64,000 nucleotides of DNA from a candidate division WOR-3 bacterium (lineage in GTDB: Bacteria > Hydrothermota > Tepidihabitantia > Tepidihabitantales > Tepidihabitantaceae): assembly GCA_965649205.1 (NCBI GenBank), contig CBFGJV010000001.1:19285-83284 (forward strand), in the 5' to 3' direction. Below the pieces are notes generated by a model, which was not told the DNA's origin, did not search any database, and was given only the letters and a program-made list of their open reading frames with translations. Both the position numbers and the translations under genes were made by a program. Of this stretch, positions 27,287 to 37,695 are shown one piece after another. The stretch's first letter is position 1, and each line of letters opens with the position of its first letter.

Positions 27287-27678
27287 GCTACGTCTGCTGC
27301 CCCCATCTGTTTTGCCAAATCCATTACCTGGATGACTCGGTCGTAGCGCACCAGGTCCTCGTTGGAGATAATCACGCGGCGCTCCACCGAACGATCAAGC
27401 AGGTGGGGAAGAAGAAGACGGAGACTGTCCAGAGTTACAGGTGCCTCGTTGAGCATAATGCGGCCGTCATTGGCAAGGAAGATGTTGGCCTTGATGTCGG
27501 AGCCGGCCGGAACAGTTCCGCCTGCCTGAGCAACGCCGGGAGCCGAAACAAAGATGCCGTTTTCGAAAAATATGGGCATCGACACCATAAAGCCAATGAC
27601 CAGGGATAGGGCAATGTCCACAAGCGAGTTGACTATCAGTCCTTCGTTCTTGCGTCGCTCTACGTGTCGTCGGCGCAT
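27259..27678 (-). CDS. exbD: ExbD/TolR (second paralog)
   Basis: LIVNSLVDIALSLVIGFMV TM motif plus the ExbD periplasmic domain. Its start overlaps the exbB stop. Confidence 0.8.
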   Translation of the reverse strand: MRRRHVERRKNEGLIVNSLVDIALSLVIGFMVSMPIFFENGIFVSAPGVAQAGGTVPAGSDIKANIFLANDGRIMLNEAPVTLDSLRLLLPHLLDRSVERRVIISNEDLVRYDRVIQVMDLAKQMGAADVAWLRTRRMQ

Positions 27679-28376
27679 CAGAATCTCCAGGCAGAATCGT
27701 CGGCCCGGGTTTGGGCAGGAGTTGCCTGAGGCTGGCTGGCAGTCGCCGTTTGACTGCTGCGGGCTTTGTCCAGCATGACGATTACGCGGTCGGCCGCGGC
27801 CTCAAGTTGCATAGCCAAGTCGCTTGATTTCTTACTGAAGTAATTATAGGCAAAAAGGGTAGGAATGCCTATACCCAGTCCCCAGGCGGTGGTGAGCAGA
27901 GCCACAGCAATGCCTCCTGCGACCACGTCCGGGCCGGCCTGTTTGGTAATGCTTATCTGATTAAAGGACTTGATCAGGCCTGTTACAGTGCCAAAGAGAC
28001 CGAGCAGGGTGGCGGCGTTAGCCAGAGTGCCCATGCCGCCAAGCAGGTGCTCAAACTTGATACGTTCGTCTACGATATGGCTGTAACTCAGGTCTGCCAG
28101 GTCTTCGGCACTGAGGGTGGCGTTTTCCAGAATTAACGTAACCATTCTGCCCATGGGATTATTCTGGCTGCGGGCCCATTCCAGACCGGCAGTAATACCG
28201 CCGGAGTTGAGTCTGCGTCGTAGTTCCAGTATGTCGCGACCGGTATTACAGCGGTTACGGCGAAAGTAGAGAAACCGATCCAGTATCAGGGCGAGAGCGG
28301 CGATGGAAGCCGCCAGAAGGGTAAGCATTACCGGATCAAGAAGTACGCTGAACAGGTTTCTTCCCATTATGGTCAT
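27678..28376 (-). CDS. exbB: MotA/TolQ/ExbB proton channel
   Basis: Three TM segments and the conserved TolQ/ExbB block LLGLFGTVTGLIKSF...GIAVALLTTAWGLGIGIP. Confidence 0.85.
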   Translation of the reverse strand: MTIMGRNLFSVLLDPVMLTLLAASIAALALILDRFLYFRRNRCNTGRDILELRRRLNSGGITAGLEWARSQNNPMGRMVTLILENATLSAEDLADLSYSHIVDERIKFEHLLGGMGTLANAATLLGLFGTVTGLIKSFNQISITKQAGPDVVAGGIAVALLTTAWGLGIGIPTLFAYNYFSKKSSDLAMQLEAAADRVIVMLDKARSSQTATASQPQATPAQTRADDSAWRF

Positions 28377-30898
28377 GGCTGATTGTCTCCTTTATTTGGG
28401 GTAGGAATTGCTTCCGACTCGGCGCCGGATGGAGCAGATGTTTGTCCGGCTCCCAGTTTTCGCCGACAGATGTCAATGTTCTGTCGGGCGCTGGTCACGA
28501 ATTCTGACTGGGGAAAGGAATCCACTACGGTCTGAAAGGCGGCGAGGCTGCCTTGGTAGTCTCCTAGGTTAAAAAGTGCGATTCCCAAATTGAAGTAGCC
28601 GCCATCCCGTCGTTCGTGCTGAGGAAAATAGTCCAGGTATTTACGATAGGCTCGACTGGCTTCTTCCCATTTTTTAAGCTGAGAATAGCTCTCTGCTGTC
28701 AGCAGCTGCGCATCGGCTGCAATGGCTGAACCCGGAAAGTTGACCACCGCCTTCTGCAGCTCCAGGGCGGCTTCTGCGTAGCGTCCTGCGTCGTAGAGAG
28801 AACGGCCTTTCTGATACTGACCTTCGGCTGCCATGTCCGAACTGCCGAAGCGGCGGAGAAATTCGGCCATGACCGCCTCGTCCTCAGTACCGGCGAGGTA
28901 GTAGCTGGTTTCCAGACTTTTGCGCACGCTGGGACCCTGGGGGTCAGAAGGGTACAGGTCAAGAAACTTCTGGTATTCTCGAACCGCGTCCAGATAAAGC
29001 CGACGGTTGTAATATGACTGGGCAATGAGAGCCTGGGCAGGTGGAGCAAATTCACTGTCCGGATGCCGTTCCACCAAGAATTTGAACATGGCGACAGCTT
29101 TATCATATTCCAATGCCTTGAAATAAGTGTCGCCGGTGCGGAAGGCTGCCTCGGCTACTTTGGGGTTGCCTTCCGGATATTTGTTTACCAAGTTGGTCCA
29201 GGCATCCACTGCCTGTCCGTAGTAGCCGGTCTGGTAGTAGCAGTAGCCCGCGTAAAACCAGCCCGGCACTGCCGCTTGGCTGATGTCGGGGAACGTGTTT
29301 GCCAGAGCTTCAAATATGTCGAGGGCTTTGAGGTATTCTTTCTGGTTGAAAAGGCTGTAGCCATAGCCTAGGTAGGCGGCAATGGTGAAAAGCGTGTCTT
29401 CGGGGCGTGCAGAAAGCAAAGTTTGGAAACTATTTGCCGCTTCTGTGAGGCGTCCCAGGTGGTATAGGCAGTAAGAGCGACCCAGGCGGGCATACGGCCC
29501 TATGTCCGAGGCCGGCTGGGCATACGCCTGCTGGTAGTATACATCTGCTTCATTGTATTTGTCGTAGTAGTAGAAAGCGTCGGCCAGAGCATACAGCAGG
29601 CGCGCCCGCCATTCTCCTGTTTCTTGCGGATAGTCTGCCAGGTACTTGGTGCCTACTGCTATGCTCTTTTCGTATTTGCCCGCAGCATTCAGCGTGAAAA
29701 GGAGCATGGCCGCGGCCGGTTCCCGCAGGGCAGTTTTCGCGTAGTCGGTAATTACCTGCTCGAATTGCTTTTCTGCTCGTTCCAACTGACCTTGCTGGTA
29801 GCTGATAACACCTGAGAGGTAATTCCCGGTTCCGGAGATTTCGCCGGTGCGAAACATTGTTGCCAGTTGGCTGGTGGTGAGCAAAGTCTGGGTGGTGTCC
29901 GCGTTAGCCAGCAGGGCCTGGGTGAGCTGCAGGTTGGCGTAGCTCGCAATCTTGGTATTGGGGTAGTTGGCTCGTACTTTCTGGAATCGTTCTATTGCTT
30001 CAGCCGGTCGGCCCAGAGCGTTGTAGGCATAGCCCATGAAGTAATTGGCATGGGCAGCAAGGAAGTTGTTGGGGTGCCGGGTAAGAGGTAGCAACTGTTC
30101 TAAGGCCAGGTTGTATTCCTTCTGGGCGATGAGCGCACAGCCCAGAAAGTATCGGGCATAGTCAGCTAGGTGGGAGTGAGGATAGTTGTCCAGAAAGAAT
30201 TGAAACTTGGCCCTGGCACCGTCGTAGTCCTGGTTCATAAACAGAGCCTGCCCGGCGGCGAAGTGGGCGAGGATGGCTAACCGGGTATTGGGAAATTCGG
30301 TGGTTATCTCTTTGAGACTCAGGAGTGCAGGCAAAGGTCGGCCTGTAGCGGCATAGCTCTTCGCTAGATAGTATTTTGCTTCGGGCAGAGAAACGCGAGA
30401 CAATCTGGTTATGGCTTGCTCGTAGTTGCGTTCAAAGTAGTCCAGAACACCCAGAGCAAACGCGGTACGTTCGTGGTCTTCGTAACCCTGGGTTTTGGCC
30501 AGATTCTCCAGTTCTGCGCGTGCCTGACGGAGTTGACCGAGCATTATAGAGGACAGCGCGAGACCGTACAGGGCCTCAGGTTTCAAGTAGGCGGAACGCG
30601 CCTTTGTGGCTAAATGCCGAAAGATGACCTGAGCCTGGGCATACTGTCCCAAGTTGAAGTGGGTCTCCGCCAAGGCATAGCGAAGCTCGTCTCCGAACTC
30701 ACTGCCGCCGTAGTCGCGCACAAGGCTAAACAGTTCAACCGCCGCTTTGTTGTAATCGTGCTCGGCCAGCCATGATTGAGTCTTGTTGTAGCGTTCCACA
30801 AGCAAACGCAGTTTCTCCGGGGATAGACCCCGTTCCGCTGCCATTACGGGTTCGGCCAAGAGCATAATAAAGCAGAGGAAACGACAACTGGAAGACAA
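28373..30898 (-). CDS. tetratricopeptide-repeat protein (secreted, ~840 aa)
   Basis: Signal peptide and many TPR-like repeats (A..Y.LG..Y...G.Y..A). First gene of the exbB-exbD-exbD-tonB operon. Confidence 0.8.
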   Translation of the reverse strand: MSSSCRFLCFIMLLAEPVMAAERGLSPEKLRLLVERYNKTQSWLAEHDYNKAAVELFSLVRDYGGSEFGDELRYALAETHFNLGQYAQAQVIFRHLATKARSAYLKPEALYGLALSSIMLGQLRQARAELENLAKTQGYEDHERTAFALGVLDYFERNYEQAITRLSRVSLPEAKYYLAKSYAATGRPLPALLSLKEITTEFPNTRLAILAHFAAGQALFMNQDYDGARAKFQFFLDNYPHSHLADYARYFLGCALIAQKEYNLALEQLLPLTRHPNNFLAAHANYFMGYAYNALGRPAEAIERFQKVRANYPNTKIASYANLQLTQALLANADTTQTLLTTSQLATMFRTGEISGTGNYLSGVISYQQGQLERAEKQFEQVITDYAKTALREPAAAMLLFTLNAAGKYEKSIAVGTKYLADYPQETGEWRARLLYALADAFYYYDKYNEADVYYQQAYAQPASDIGPYARLGRSYCLYHLGRLTEAANSFQTLLSARPEDTLFTIAAYLGYGYSLFNQKEYLKALDIFEALANTFPDISQAAVPGWFYAGYCYYQTGYYGQAVDAWTNLVNKYPEGNPKVAEAAFRTGDTYFKALEYDKAVAMFKFLVERHPDSEFAPPAQALIAQSYYNRRLYLDAVREYQKFLDLYPSDPQGPSVRKSLETSYYLAGTEDEAVMAEFLRRFGSSDMAAEGQYQKGRSLYDAGRYAEAALELQKAVVNFPGSAIAADAQLLTAESYSQLKKWEEASRAYRKYLDYFPQHERRDGGYFNLGIALFNLGDYQGSLAAFQTVVDSFPQSEFVTSARQNIDICRRKLGAGQTSAPSGAESEAIPTPNKGDNQP

Positions 30899-30901
30899 GG
30901 C

Positions 30902-32224
30902 TTATTCCCCGGGCTTTATTTCTACTTTACCCCTAGGGCCGCGAGTAAGTATTTCCGTGAGCAACCCGGAACACTCCAGGGAGTTGTTGCGCACATCAAT
31001 GACGACTATGTTGTAGTAGTACCGTCCGTCAGCCACAAGTCGGCCGGAATCATCCAGACCGTCCCAGCTGATGCGCAATGGCGGGTTGTCCCACCCCTGA
31101 AAAGTGCGTACTAGCTCGCCGTAGCTGTTCTTTATGAGAATCTGCCAGCGTTTAGGTCGGGCTCGCGGCTGAAGCCGCACGTCCATCCAGAGGACGTTTC
31201 TGTCGTTGTCTGGTGTGGGTCTGAACACGGCCGGGGTAGCCTCTATCCAGACGCGGAAGCCAGAAAATCCAAGGTAGAGCCCGGCTTTATGGGTAGGGGC
31301 TAGGCGATAGCGGGATTGGTGATGAAGCAGAACGGCGTAATCAACGCCTATAGACATCCTGCCCCAAGACTTGTGAATACCCAATCCTAGACTCAGGTCA
31401 TTGGGGTCCATGCCGATCCGTTGATAGAGTACATCGGGCACGAGTTCGATTTCTGCCCCTCCTCGCAGCGCAAAGCGCGGAGTAAAGTTGCGCGTGGGGT
31501 TACCTAGTTCATCCCGGTTATAGAGCAGAGGCAGGGAAACGTCTGCAGTAAGAAGAGCGCGGCCACCGAGTAGGTGTACTGCGGTTCCAGCACGCAGGAT
31601 ACGTGGATAGTTTTCCGGCAAAGTAGCTAGCTGCAATCGAGGCTGGAGCACATTTTGAAAGCAGAGGCCGAAGCTCAGAGGCGAAGGTCTAGTGAGGAGA
31701 ATGCCCAAATCTGCTCCCAGGCCGACGGCAGAATACTGCGCCATGTTTTTGGAAACGAGCTTGCCTGTCATTCCTAGTCCGAGGAAGTTAGTAGGGTTGT
31801 AGCAGTACGACATCAGGTAAGAATTCTCCAAATAAAAGAAATTTTGGTAGGGATAGTTGTCAGGGGTACGCGACTGCAGTCCACCGGCCCAGTAACTGGC
31901 TAGGTTCACGCCGAAGGTACCCCAGTCTCGGGTAGGAAGAGCGTAGGCGATGTATTCCATCTGCGCGCCGTAGAGCTGAGAGTGGGCGAGTACCACTTCG
32001 TTGGCGTTCAGCTGAAACAGACCACCAGGGTTGAAGTAGACTGCCTGTACGTCGTCAGCCAGAGCGGTGAAAGCCTTACCCAGGGCCAGACTGCGGGGTG
32101 ACGGAGCGTAGGAGAGCATGGCACCGGGCAGACCACCTTCTGCGTAGAGCAGAGTAAAGAGACAGAAAAAACAAGTCAGACAGAGGCCAACGTGTGTGTG
32201 GGTACTCCTTGCCTGTCTTACCAT
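30902..32224 (-). CDS. FadL/PorV-superfamily outer-membrane beta-barrel protein with C-terminal FlgD/Ig-like domain
   Basis: ATG at 32224 immediately after the upstream gene stop, and a signal peptide. Motif LGKAFTALADDVQAVYFNPGGL parallels the YWNPAGL motif of the other barrel. C-terminal ISWDGLDDSGRLVADGRYYY resembles an Ig-like fold. Confidence 0.5.
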   Translation of the reverse strand: MVRQARSTHTHVGLCLTCFFCLFTLLYAEGGLPGAMLSYAPSPRSLALGKAFTALADDVQAVYFNPGGLFQLNANEVVLAHSQLYGAQMEYIAYALPTRDWGTFGVNLASYWAGGLQSRTPDNYPYQNFFYLENSYLMSYCYNPTNFLGLGMTGKLVSKNMAQYSAVGLGADLGILLTRPSPLSFGLCFQNVLQPRLQLATLPENYPRILRAGTAVHLLGGRALLTADVSLPLLYNRDELGNPTRNFTPRFALRGGAEIELVPDVLYQRIGMDPNDLSLGLGIHKSWGRMSIGVDYAVLLHHQSRYRLAPTHKAGLYLGFSGFRVWIEATPAVFRPTPDNDRNVLWMDVRLQPRARPKRWQILIKNSYGELVRTFQGWDNPPLRISWDGLDDSGRLVADGRYYYNIVVIDVRNNSLECSGLLTEILTRGPRGKVEIKPGE

Positions 32225-33972
32225 AGTACTCCTACCCGGCAGGTACCGCGGAAAGCAATACCGGTATGCATTTCGCTTACCACCTGAATGAGGTAGATAC
32301 CATTCGCCACTCGCCTGTTCTGGTTGTTGCGACCGTCCCACTGTATGTAGTTTATGCCGCTGCGGCCGTAGGCGCTGCCGGGAGGACCGTGCCAGGTTCT
32401 GACTTCGTTGCCGAAGGGGTCGTATATTCTTACCCAAGTTTCTGCTGCACCGGGTAGATAATAATAGATGGTGGCAGATTCACGGTTGAAACCGAAAGGG
32501 TTGGGATATACGCCGACGGTGGAGCTATCCGGTCGGTCTACAAAGATGGAAACGAACGTATCTGCCGCAGCAGTTATCTTGATGGTGTCACGTTCCGGTC
32601 CTCGAGCGGCTGAGGAGAGAAAACGAGCGGTAACCCGGCCCAGGGTGTCAGAAAGAACCAAGGAATCTAGCATTCTGCCTTTTCCGGCAATTACCGTGAA
32701 ACGGCAGGGAGCAGCTACTACCGGTGTATAGTTGTCGTCTTTTAAGATTACGTGTATATAGGCGGTTTCTCCTGCTCGTACGGTGTCGGGTGCGGAAATC
32801 TCAAAGCGAGTAGCCAGCGCTCGAACATCGAGCCAGCTGGTGTAGGTTATGAGATTCCGGCTAGGGGTCGCCGCCCGTATGTTCTGACTGGCTCCGGCTC
32901 GCAGGAAACGGGCCTGAAAGACTGCTTCTCTTCCGAGTCGAGCGCGTTGGGGCTGGACGACAAAGGGAAAGTCTGAATACAGGCTTACGCTCTCGGCCGG
33001 GGCTTCCACTCGATTCCAGCATAGGTCGCATGCATACACCTTTACCTCAAAGTCCCGTCCTACATACTGTGCCTGCGGTGTCCCTGCTTTGCCTGGTGTG
33101 TTCCATTCGTCAGTGGTGGTGTCTCCGGGCAAAAACGTCTCTCCAGGCAGTAACAACAGTAATTGCGCCGGAGCTTGGGGGTCTACAGGACATAGAGAAG
33201 AAACGCCCGCCCGTACTGGAGAGTTCCGAGAAGGGGTGACGGTTATGCGTTGAGAGTCGCCCGCGGCGCGCAGAACAACAGAGAATACCGCGGAACCATT
33301 CGCAAGACGTCCGCCACGGGGAAGGACAGAAAAGCTGTCAGTAGAGGAAAAATAGACGCTGTCATTACGGTTAGGCACCCGGTTGTGCCATGCGTCAGTA
33401 ACATACACCTCCGTGTCAAAGCCGATGCCAGCTTTCTGTCGGGCCGGGCTGCCCAAACGCCCTTGGAGAGAACCCGGGACATAGGTTTCACCAGGAAGGA
33501 CAAGAAGGAACTGAACCGGCGGGCCGTTTTCTACTCTTATCTGGTTGCTTGTGCCCCAGGCAGTGCGTTGCAGGTTACTGCAGCGTAAGGTGAGGGTTTC
33601 GGCCAGGGTTACATAGACGAAACCCTCCCAGAGGCCTGAGCTGAAGGAGACAATATTATCTCCGCGGGTGGTATAGATGAAACGGGCCGCGCCATCCCGG
33701 CTGGTCATGAGTTCTGCCGGACCATTGTAGGGAAATAGATTACCGGCCGCGTCTCTGGCTGATATGCTTATATGAAAGGAGTCGCCCGCTCGTTGCTGGG
33801 TCGGTATGTACTCAAACCGAAACGAGCTTAGCTGGCCGAGGAGTGCAAAGACCAGAACTGTATGTGTCACAAGACAATATATTCTAGAATAGTGAAAGAA
33901 GGTGTCAATTCCGTTCCGGAGTTGGACAGTCTGCCTGCAGATCGGTGTATTGACCCGCTGTTGAATGAGCAT
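32218..33972 (-). CDS. secreted protein with T9SS C-terminal sorting domain (start uncertain)
   Basis: C-terminus GVYPNPFGFNRESATIYYYLP...GIYLIQVVSEMHTGIAFRGTCRVGVLW matches the T9SS CTD. The ORF-track start at 34062 would collide with the divergent S8 gene, so an internal ATG around 33972 is assumed here. Confidence 0.55.
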   Translation of the reverse strand: MLIQQRVNTPICRQTVQLRNGIDTFFHYSRIYCLVTHTVLVFALLGQLSSFRFEYIPTQQRAGDSFHISISARDAAGNLFPYNGPAELMTSRDGAARFIYTTRGDNIVSFSSGLWEGFVYVTLAETLTLRCSNLQRTAWGTSNQIRVENGPPVQFLLVLPGETYVPGSLQGRLGSPARQKAGIGFDTEVYVTDAWHNRVPNRNDSVYFSSTDSFSVLPRGGRLANGSAVFSVVLRAAGDSQRITVTPSRNSPVRAGVSSLCPVDPQAPAQLLLLLPGETFLPGDTTTDEWNTPGKAGTPQAQYVGRDFEVKVYACDLCWNRVEAPAESVSLYSDFPFVVQPQRARLGREAVFQARFLRAGASQNIRAATPSRNLITYTSWLDVRALATRFEISAPDTVRAGETAYIHVILKDDNYTPVVAAPCRFTVIAGKGRMLDSLVLSDTLGRVTARFLSSAARGPERDTIKITAAADTFVSIFVDRPDSSTVGVYPNPFGFNRESATIYYYLPGAAETWVRIYDPFGNEVRTWHGPPGSAYGRSGINYIQWDGRNNQNRRVANGIYLIQVVSEMHTGIAFRGTCRVGVLW

Positions 33973-34060
33973 AGACTTGGGACAAGGTGAAAAAGGAGGG
34001 TGTTCCGTGGGGATAGATGAAAAGCGAAGAAGTAGTAGCACATCAAACAGGAGGCTGGCC

Positions 34061-37000
34061 ATGAAGTTCTCTCTGATACTGCTGCTGGCTGGGGTCGTGT
34101 TCGCCGAACCGGTAATGTTGTCAGGTTATTCCGGAGCATTTGAGCCGGAGATATTGCCCGAATACGATTCGGTAGCCATCGCCGGATACAGGTTTGCTCC
34201 CAAGTCAGGAGTACCCGAGTTTCCGCCTGAGTGGCGTGCCGTATCAGACTACTGCCTGATACAGCTGAGAGGGCCGGTGTATGAGTATATGCACAGGACG
34301 CTTTCCAGTTATGGCATCAGAATTATTCAATATGTTCCTTTCAATACCTTCGTCTGCAGGGCAAATCCGGCAGAGCGAGCTGCGGTTGCGGAGCTTGATT
34401 TTGTAAGCTGGGTGGGTAACTACGAACCCGCGTACAAGATCAGCGCAGACCTGAGGAGTGCGTCGGATAGATTCCGGGAGGGAAGGCTTGACCTGCTGGT
34501 GATGCTATTTCTTGACGAGAGTATGGAGCAGGCAGTAAGACGATTCTCTACGCTCGGTACAGTGCGAGAGATTTCAGAAAGCGACGCCTTCAAGGTTGTC
34601 AGGCTGGAAATAGATGCTTCGCGTCTGGCCGAGTTGGCCCGGCTTACAGAGGTAGCCTGGATTGAACCTTGGCCGGAGGTGGTGCACTGTAATGAGAATG
34701 CTCAGTGGGTAACCCAGACTTGGCGCCAGGGTATTCGTCGCATATGGGCAAAAGGAGTAAGAGGAGAAACCCAGGTGGTGAATACTGCTGATACTGGCAT
34801 TCTTATGGGGTCAGTTACTCACAACATGGTCCGCGATCCGGCAGTTCCGATTACAAACTGGGGTGACTTTCCGACCCATCGCAAGGTTATAGCGTATCGG
34901 ACCTGGTCCGGCTCCTCGGCCGCATTTGGCGACAACTCAGCCGGCGGTTGGCACGGCACCCATACGGCTGGCACCATCTGTGGTGACGACAGTCATGTCG
35001 GAGGTCAGAGTGATGCCGACGGCATGGCCGTCAAAGCCAAGATGTATTTCATGGACATCGGTACTTCGTCCGGTTCTTTGTCTGTGCCGGGTGATCTGAC
35101 GAATCTTTACACTTTGCCTTACACCGGAAATGCAGGGGGTGCTGCTCGTATTTCTTCTCATTCCTGGGGCTCAACCACGGGTGCGGGTACTTACACAGCC
35201 TACTGCCAACAGACAGACAGGTTCATGTGGGATCGCAAGGATTTTCTGCTTGTTTATGCAGCAGGTAACAGCGGGCCACAGGCATCCACGGTTGTTCCGC
35301 CCGGAACGTCTAAGAACATCATTACCGCCGGTGCGACCGCTAATGGCACATCTGCCCGTCTGATGGCCGATTTTTCCTCCCGGGGTCCTTGTAATGATAC
35401 CCGCTATAAACCTACGGTTACGGCACCCGGTCAGACAATGCTTTCGGCCGTCGGGCCGAATGCCAACAGCTATGGTTACATGCAGGGTACCTCCATGGCA
35501 ACTCCCTGCGTAGCCGGCAGCGCGGCACTCGTGCGCGATTACTTCGCGAAAGGATTCTACCCGAGCGGTGAATCGGTACCGGCCAACCGGATGAGCTACA
35601 TTTCGGCTGCCTTAGTTAAGGCCTGCATAATCAATTCGGCGGCTGCTGACATCATTGGTTCCACTATCCCGGATAACAATACTGGTTGGGGTCGTGTGAA
35701 TCTGGATGACGTACTCTATTTCAAGGATGATGTGCGCCGGCTTCTGATTGTTGATGATACAGCAGGTATTGCCACCGGTCAGTTTCGCGAGTATACGGTT
35801 TCAGTTAACAATCAGGCAGAGCCGCTGAAGATAACTCTGGTCTGGACCGACTATCCGGCCAGCGCTGGCGCGAATCCGGCTATTGTCAATAACCTTGATT
35901 TGCAGGTGACCGGGCCGAATGGGGTGGTGTATCGCGGTAATCAATACTCTGGTGGAGAGTCGCAGCCAAATCCAACAAGCTGGGACAATCGTAATGTGGA
36001 GGAATGTGTTCGACGCCATATACCGGAGATTGGCCGCTGGACTATTAGGGTGAACGGTACCAATGTACCTCAGGGCACTAGACAGCCATTTGCTCTGGTG
36101 GTGACCGGAGGCTTGGGTGAAGAGACTGTTCCGGCCCTGGTTCTTTCCGGGTTCAAGCTGGATGACCCCGCGCCGGGCAACAACAACGGAAGGTTAGACC
36201 CTGGCGAGACTGTCTTTCTGACTGATACAATACGCAATCAATCGGCCCAACCGGCATTTAGTGTTTTGGGCCGTCTGCGGCTGGTAACTCCTAGTCCCCA
36301 TATTACTCTGCTGGATACCGTGGGATATTTCGGAGATGTCCCGGTGGGAGCGAGCGCGCACAATGGCGAAACCCGCTTTAGTCTTTCTGCCTCCAGCCTG
36401 ACTCCGGCCGGTACCGTAGTGGAATTCATTCTGGCTTTGGAAGGGACAGGCTTCACTCAAAACATTCCCTTCCAGTTGAAGGTGGGCAGCAGCGGTTTTG
36501 AGGTCATATGGGGCCCTAAACCTCTGCCCAGCTTTCCCAGTTCCGGTTTTCCCTACGGATTGGCCTATTGTTCATTGAATGACCGTCTGTATGTGATGAA
36601 CGCCTATTCCCGTAAGATATATATGTATTCGAGTGATTCTAATCTGACATACTTAGGTACCATTCCTGCACCTGATACTCTGGGAACTGATATCAAGTAT
36701 TGCTCCTACGATACGACGTTCTGGGTGGCGGCGAATTTCAATGTCGGCGGCAGAAGAGTGTACAAAATTTTACCCGATGGAACTGTTCTTTGGCAGTTTG
36801 CCAATCCGGCTAATGACTATCCGACTGGGCTTGCCTGGGTGGAGGCTGAGGGGCTTTTGTACTTAGCCGACCGCAGAACGGCGCTGAATACATTTCCTCA
36901 GTACGTATATGTTGCAGACACTTTGGGCAGACAACTGCGCCGGATGGATGTACCTTTGCGTGCGGCCTACGGGGCGCGATGTCTAGCCTATGAGCCGCGC

Positions 37001-37558
37001 GGACCGGGGAATGGTTCCCTTTTGATGCTTTATACAGCCTTCAATGCGGAGGGCACGGCCATTGATTCCTGCGGCGTTTACGAGTTCAGTCGTTCTGACC
37101 TGTCCCTCATCCAGCGTGTGCTTCTACCAGGGTGGAACTGTCGCGGCATTGAGTACGACCCGCGTGACGGTAACTATTGGATAGCGATGCCTCAGTCACC
37201 CGATCGCTCCTTGGCTAAGATCTCCGGGTTCTATGGCCCGCCCACCGGACTCGGTCAGGGTGCAAGAGCAGCTCTTGGGCGAGGTGTATATCTGTGTCCC
37301 CCCAGTCCCTGTGTGTTCCGCAATCAGGTGAAGTTGACCTATCATTTACCTGTAGGAGGACACGTACGGCTTGTCATCTGTGACCTTAGCGGCAGAGTGA
37401 AGACCGTGTTGGTTGACGGATTCGTTGGGCCCGGAGAAAACACTCTGATTTGGAATGGTAGGACAACGGATGGAATACAATTGTCAACGGGTGTCTATTT
37501 CATAAGGCTGGAAGCTTTAGGTGAGATGCGCGTCAAACGAGCAGTAATGGTGCGTTAG
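34061..37558 (+). CDS. subtilisin-like serine peptidase (S8 family) with T9SS C-terminal domain
   Basis: Signal peptide MKFSLILLLAGVVFA. Catalytic-triad motifs DTGI, HGTHTAGTICGDD and GTSMATPCVAGSAALVRDY. C-terminal CTD ...GVYFIRLEALGEMRVKRAVMVR. Confidence 0.85.
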   Translation: MKFSLILLLAGVVFAEPVMLSGYSGAFEPEILPEYDSVAIAGYRFAPKSGVPEFPPEWRAVSDYCLIQLRGPVYEYMHRTLSSYGIRIIQYVPFNTFVCRANPAERAAVAELDFVSWVGNYEPAYKISADLRSASDRFREGRLDLLVMLFLDESMEQAVRRFSTLGTVREISESDAFKVVRLEIDASRLAELARLTEVAWIEPWPEVVHCNENAQWVTQTWRQGIRRIWAKGVRGETQVVNTADTGILMGSVTHNMVRDPAVPITNWGDFPTHRKVIAYRTWSGSSAAFGDNSAGGWHGTHTAGTICGDDSHVGGQSDADGMAVKAKMYFMDIGTSSGSLSVPGDLTNLYTLPYTGNAGGAARISSHSWGSTTGAGTYTAYCQQTDRFMWDRKDFLLVYAAGNSGPQASTVVPPGTSKNIITAGATANGTSARLMADFSSRGPCNDTRYKPTVTAPGQTMLSAVGPNANSYGYMQGTSMATPCVAGSAALVRDYFAKGFYPSGESVPANRMSYISAALVKACIINSAAADIIGSTIPDNNTGWGRVNLDDVLYFKDDVRRLLIVDDTAGIATGQFREYTVSVNNQAEPLKITLVWTDYPASAGANPAIVNNLDLQVTGPNGVVYRGNQYSGGESQPNPTSWDNRNVEECVRRHIPEIGRWTIRVNGTNVPQGTRQPFALVVTGGLGEETVPALVLSGFKLDDPAPGNNNGRLDPGETVFLTDTIRNQSAQPAFSVLGRLRLVTPSPHITLLDTVGYFGDVPVGASAHNGETRFSLSASSLTPAGTVVEFILALEGTGFTQNIPFQLKVGSSGFEVIWGPKPLPSFPSSGFPYGLAYCSLNDRLYVMNAYSRKIYMYSSDSNLTYLGTIPAPDTLGTDIKYCSYDTTFWVAANFNVGGRRVYKILPDGTVLWQFANPANDYPTGLAWVEAEGLLYLADRRTALNTFPQYVYVADTLGRQLRRMDVPLRAAYGARCLAYEPRGPGNGSLLMLYTAFNAEGTAIDSCGVYEFSRSDLSLIQRVLLPGWNCRGIEYDPRDGNYWIAMPQSPDRSLAKISGFYGPPTGLGQGARAALGRGVYLCPPSPCVFRNQVKLTYHLPVGGHVRLVICDLSGRVKTVLVDGFVGPGENTLIWNGRTTDGIQLSTGVYFIRLEALGEMRVKRAVMVR

Positions 37559-37695
37559 AAACAGACAAGATTTTGCCAGAAATTGTCCGCGGATAGTTTC
37601 GTTCTACGTGCAGAGAGTCTCTCAGTGGTTTAGCAGTACTATCTGTAAATCTTCGGTTTGCCTCTTCGGCGTGCGTTTTTAGCATAATATCATCG

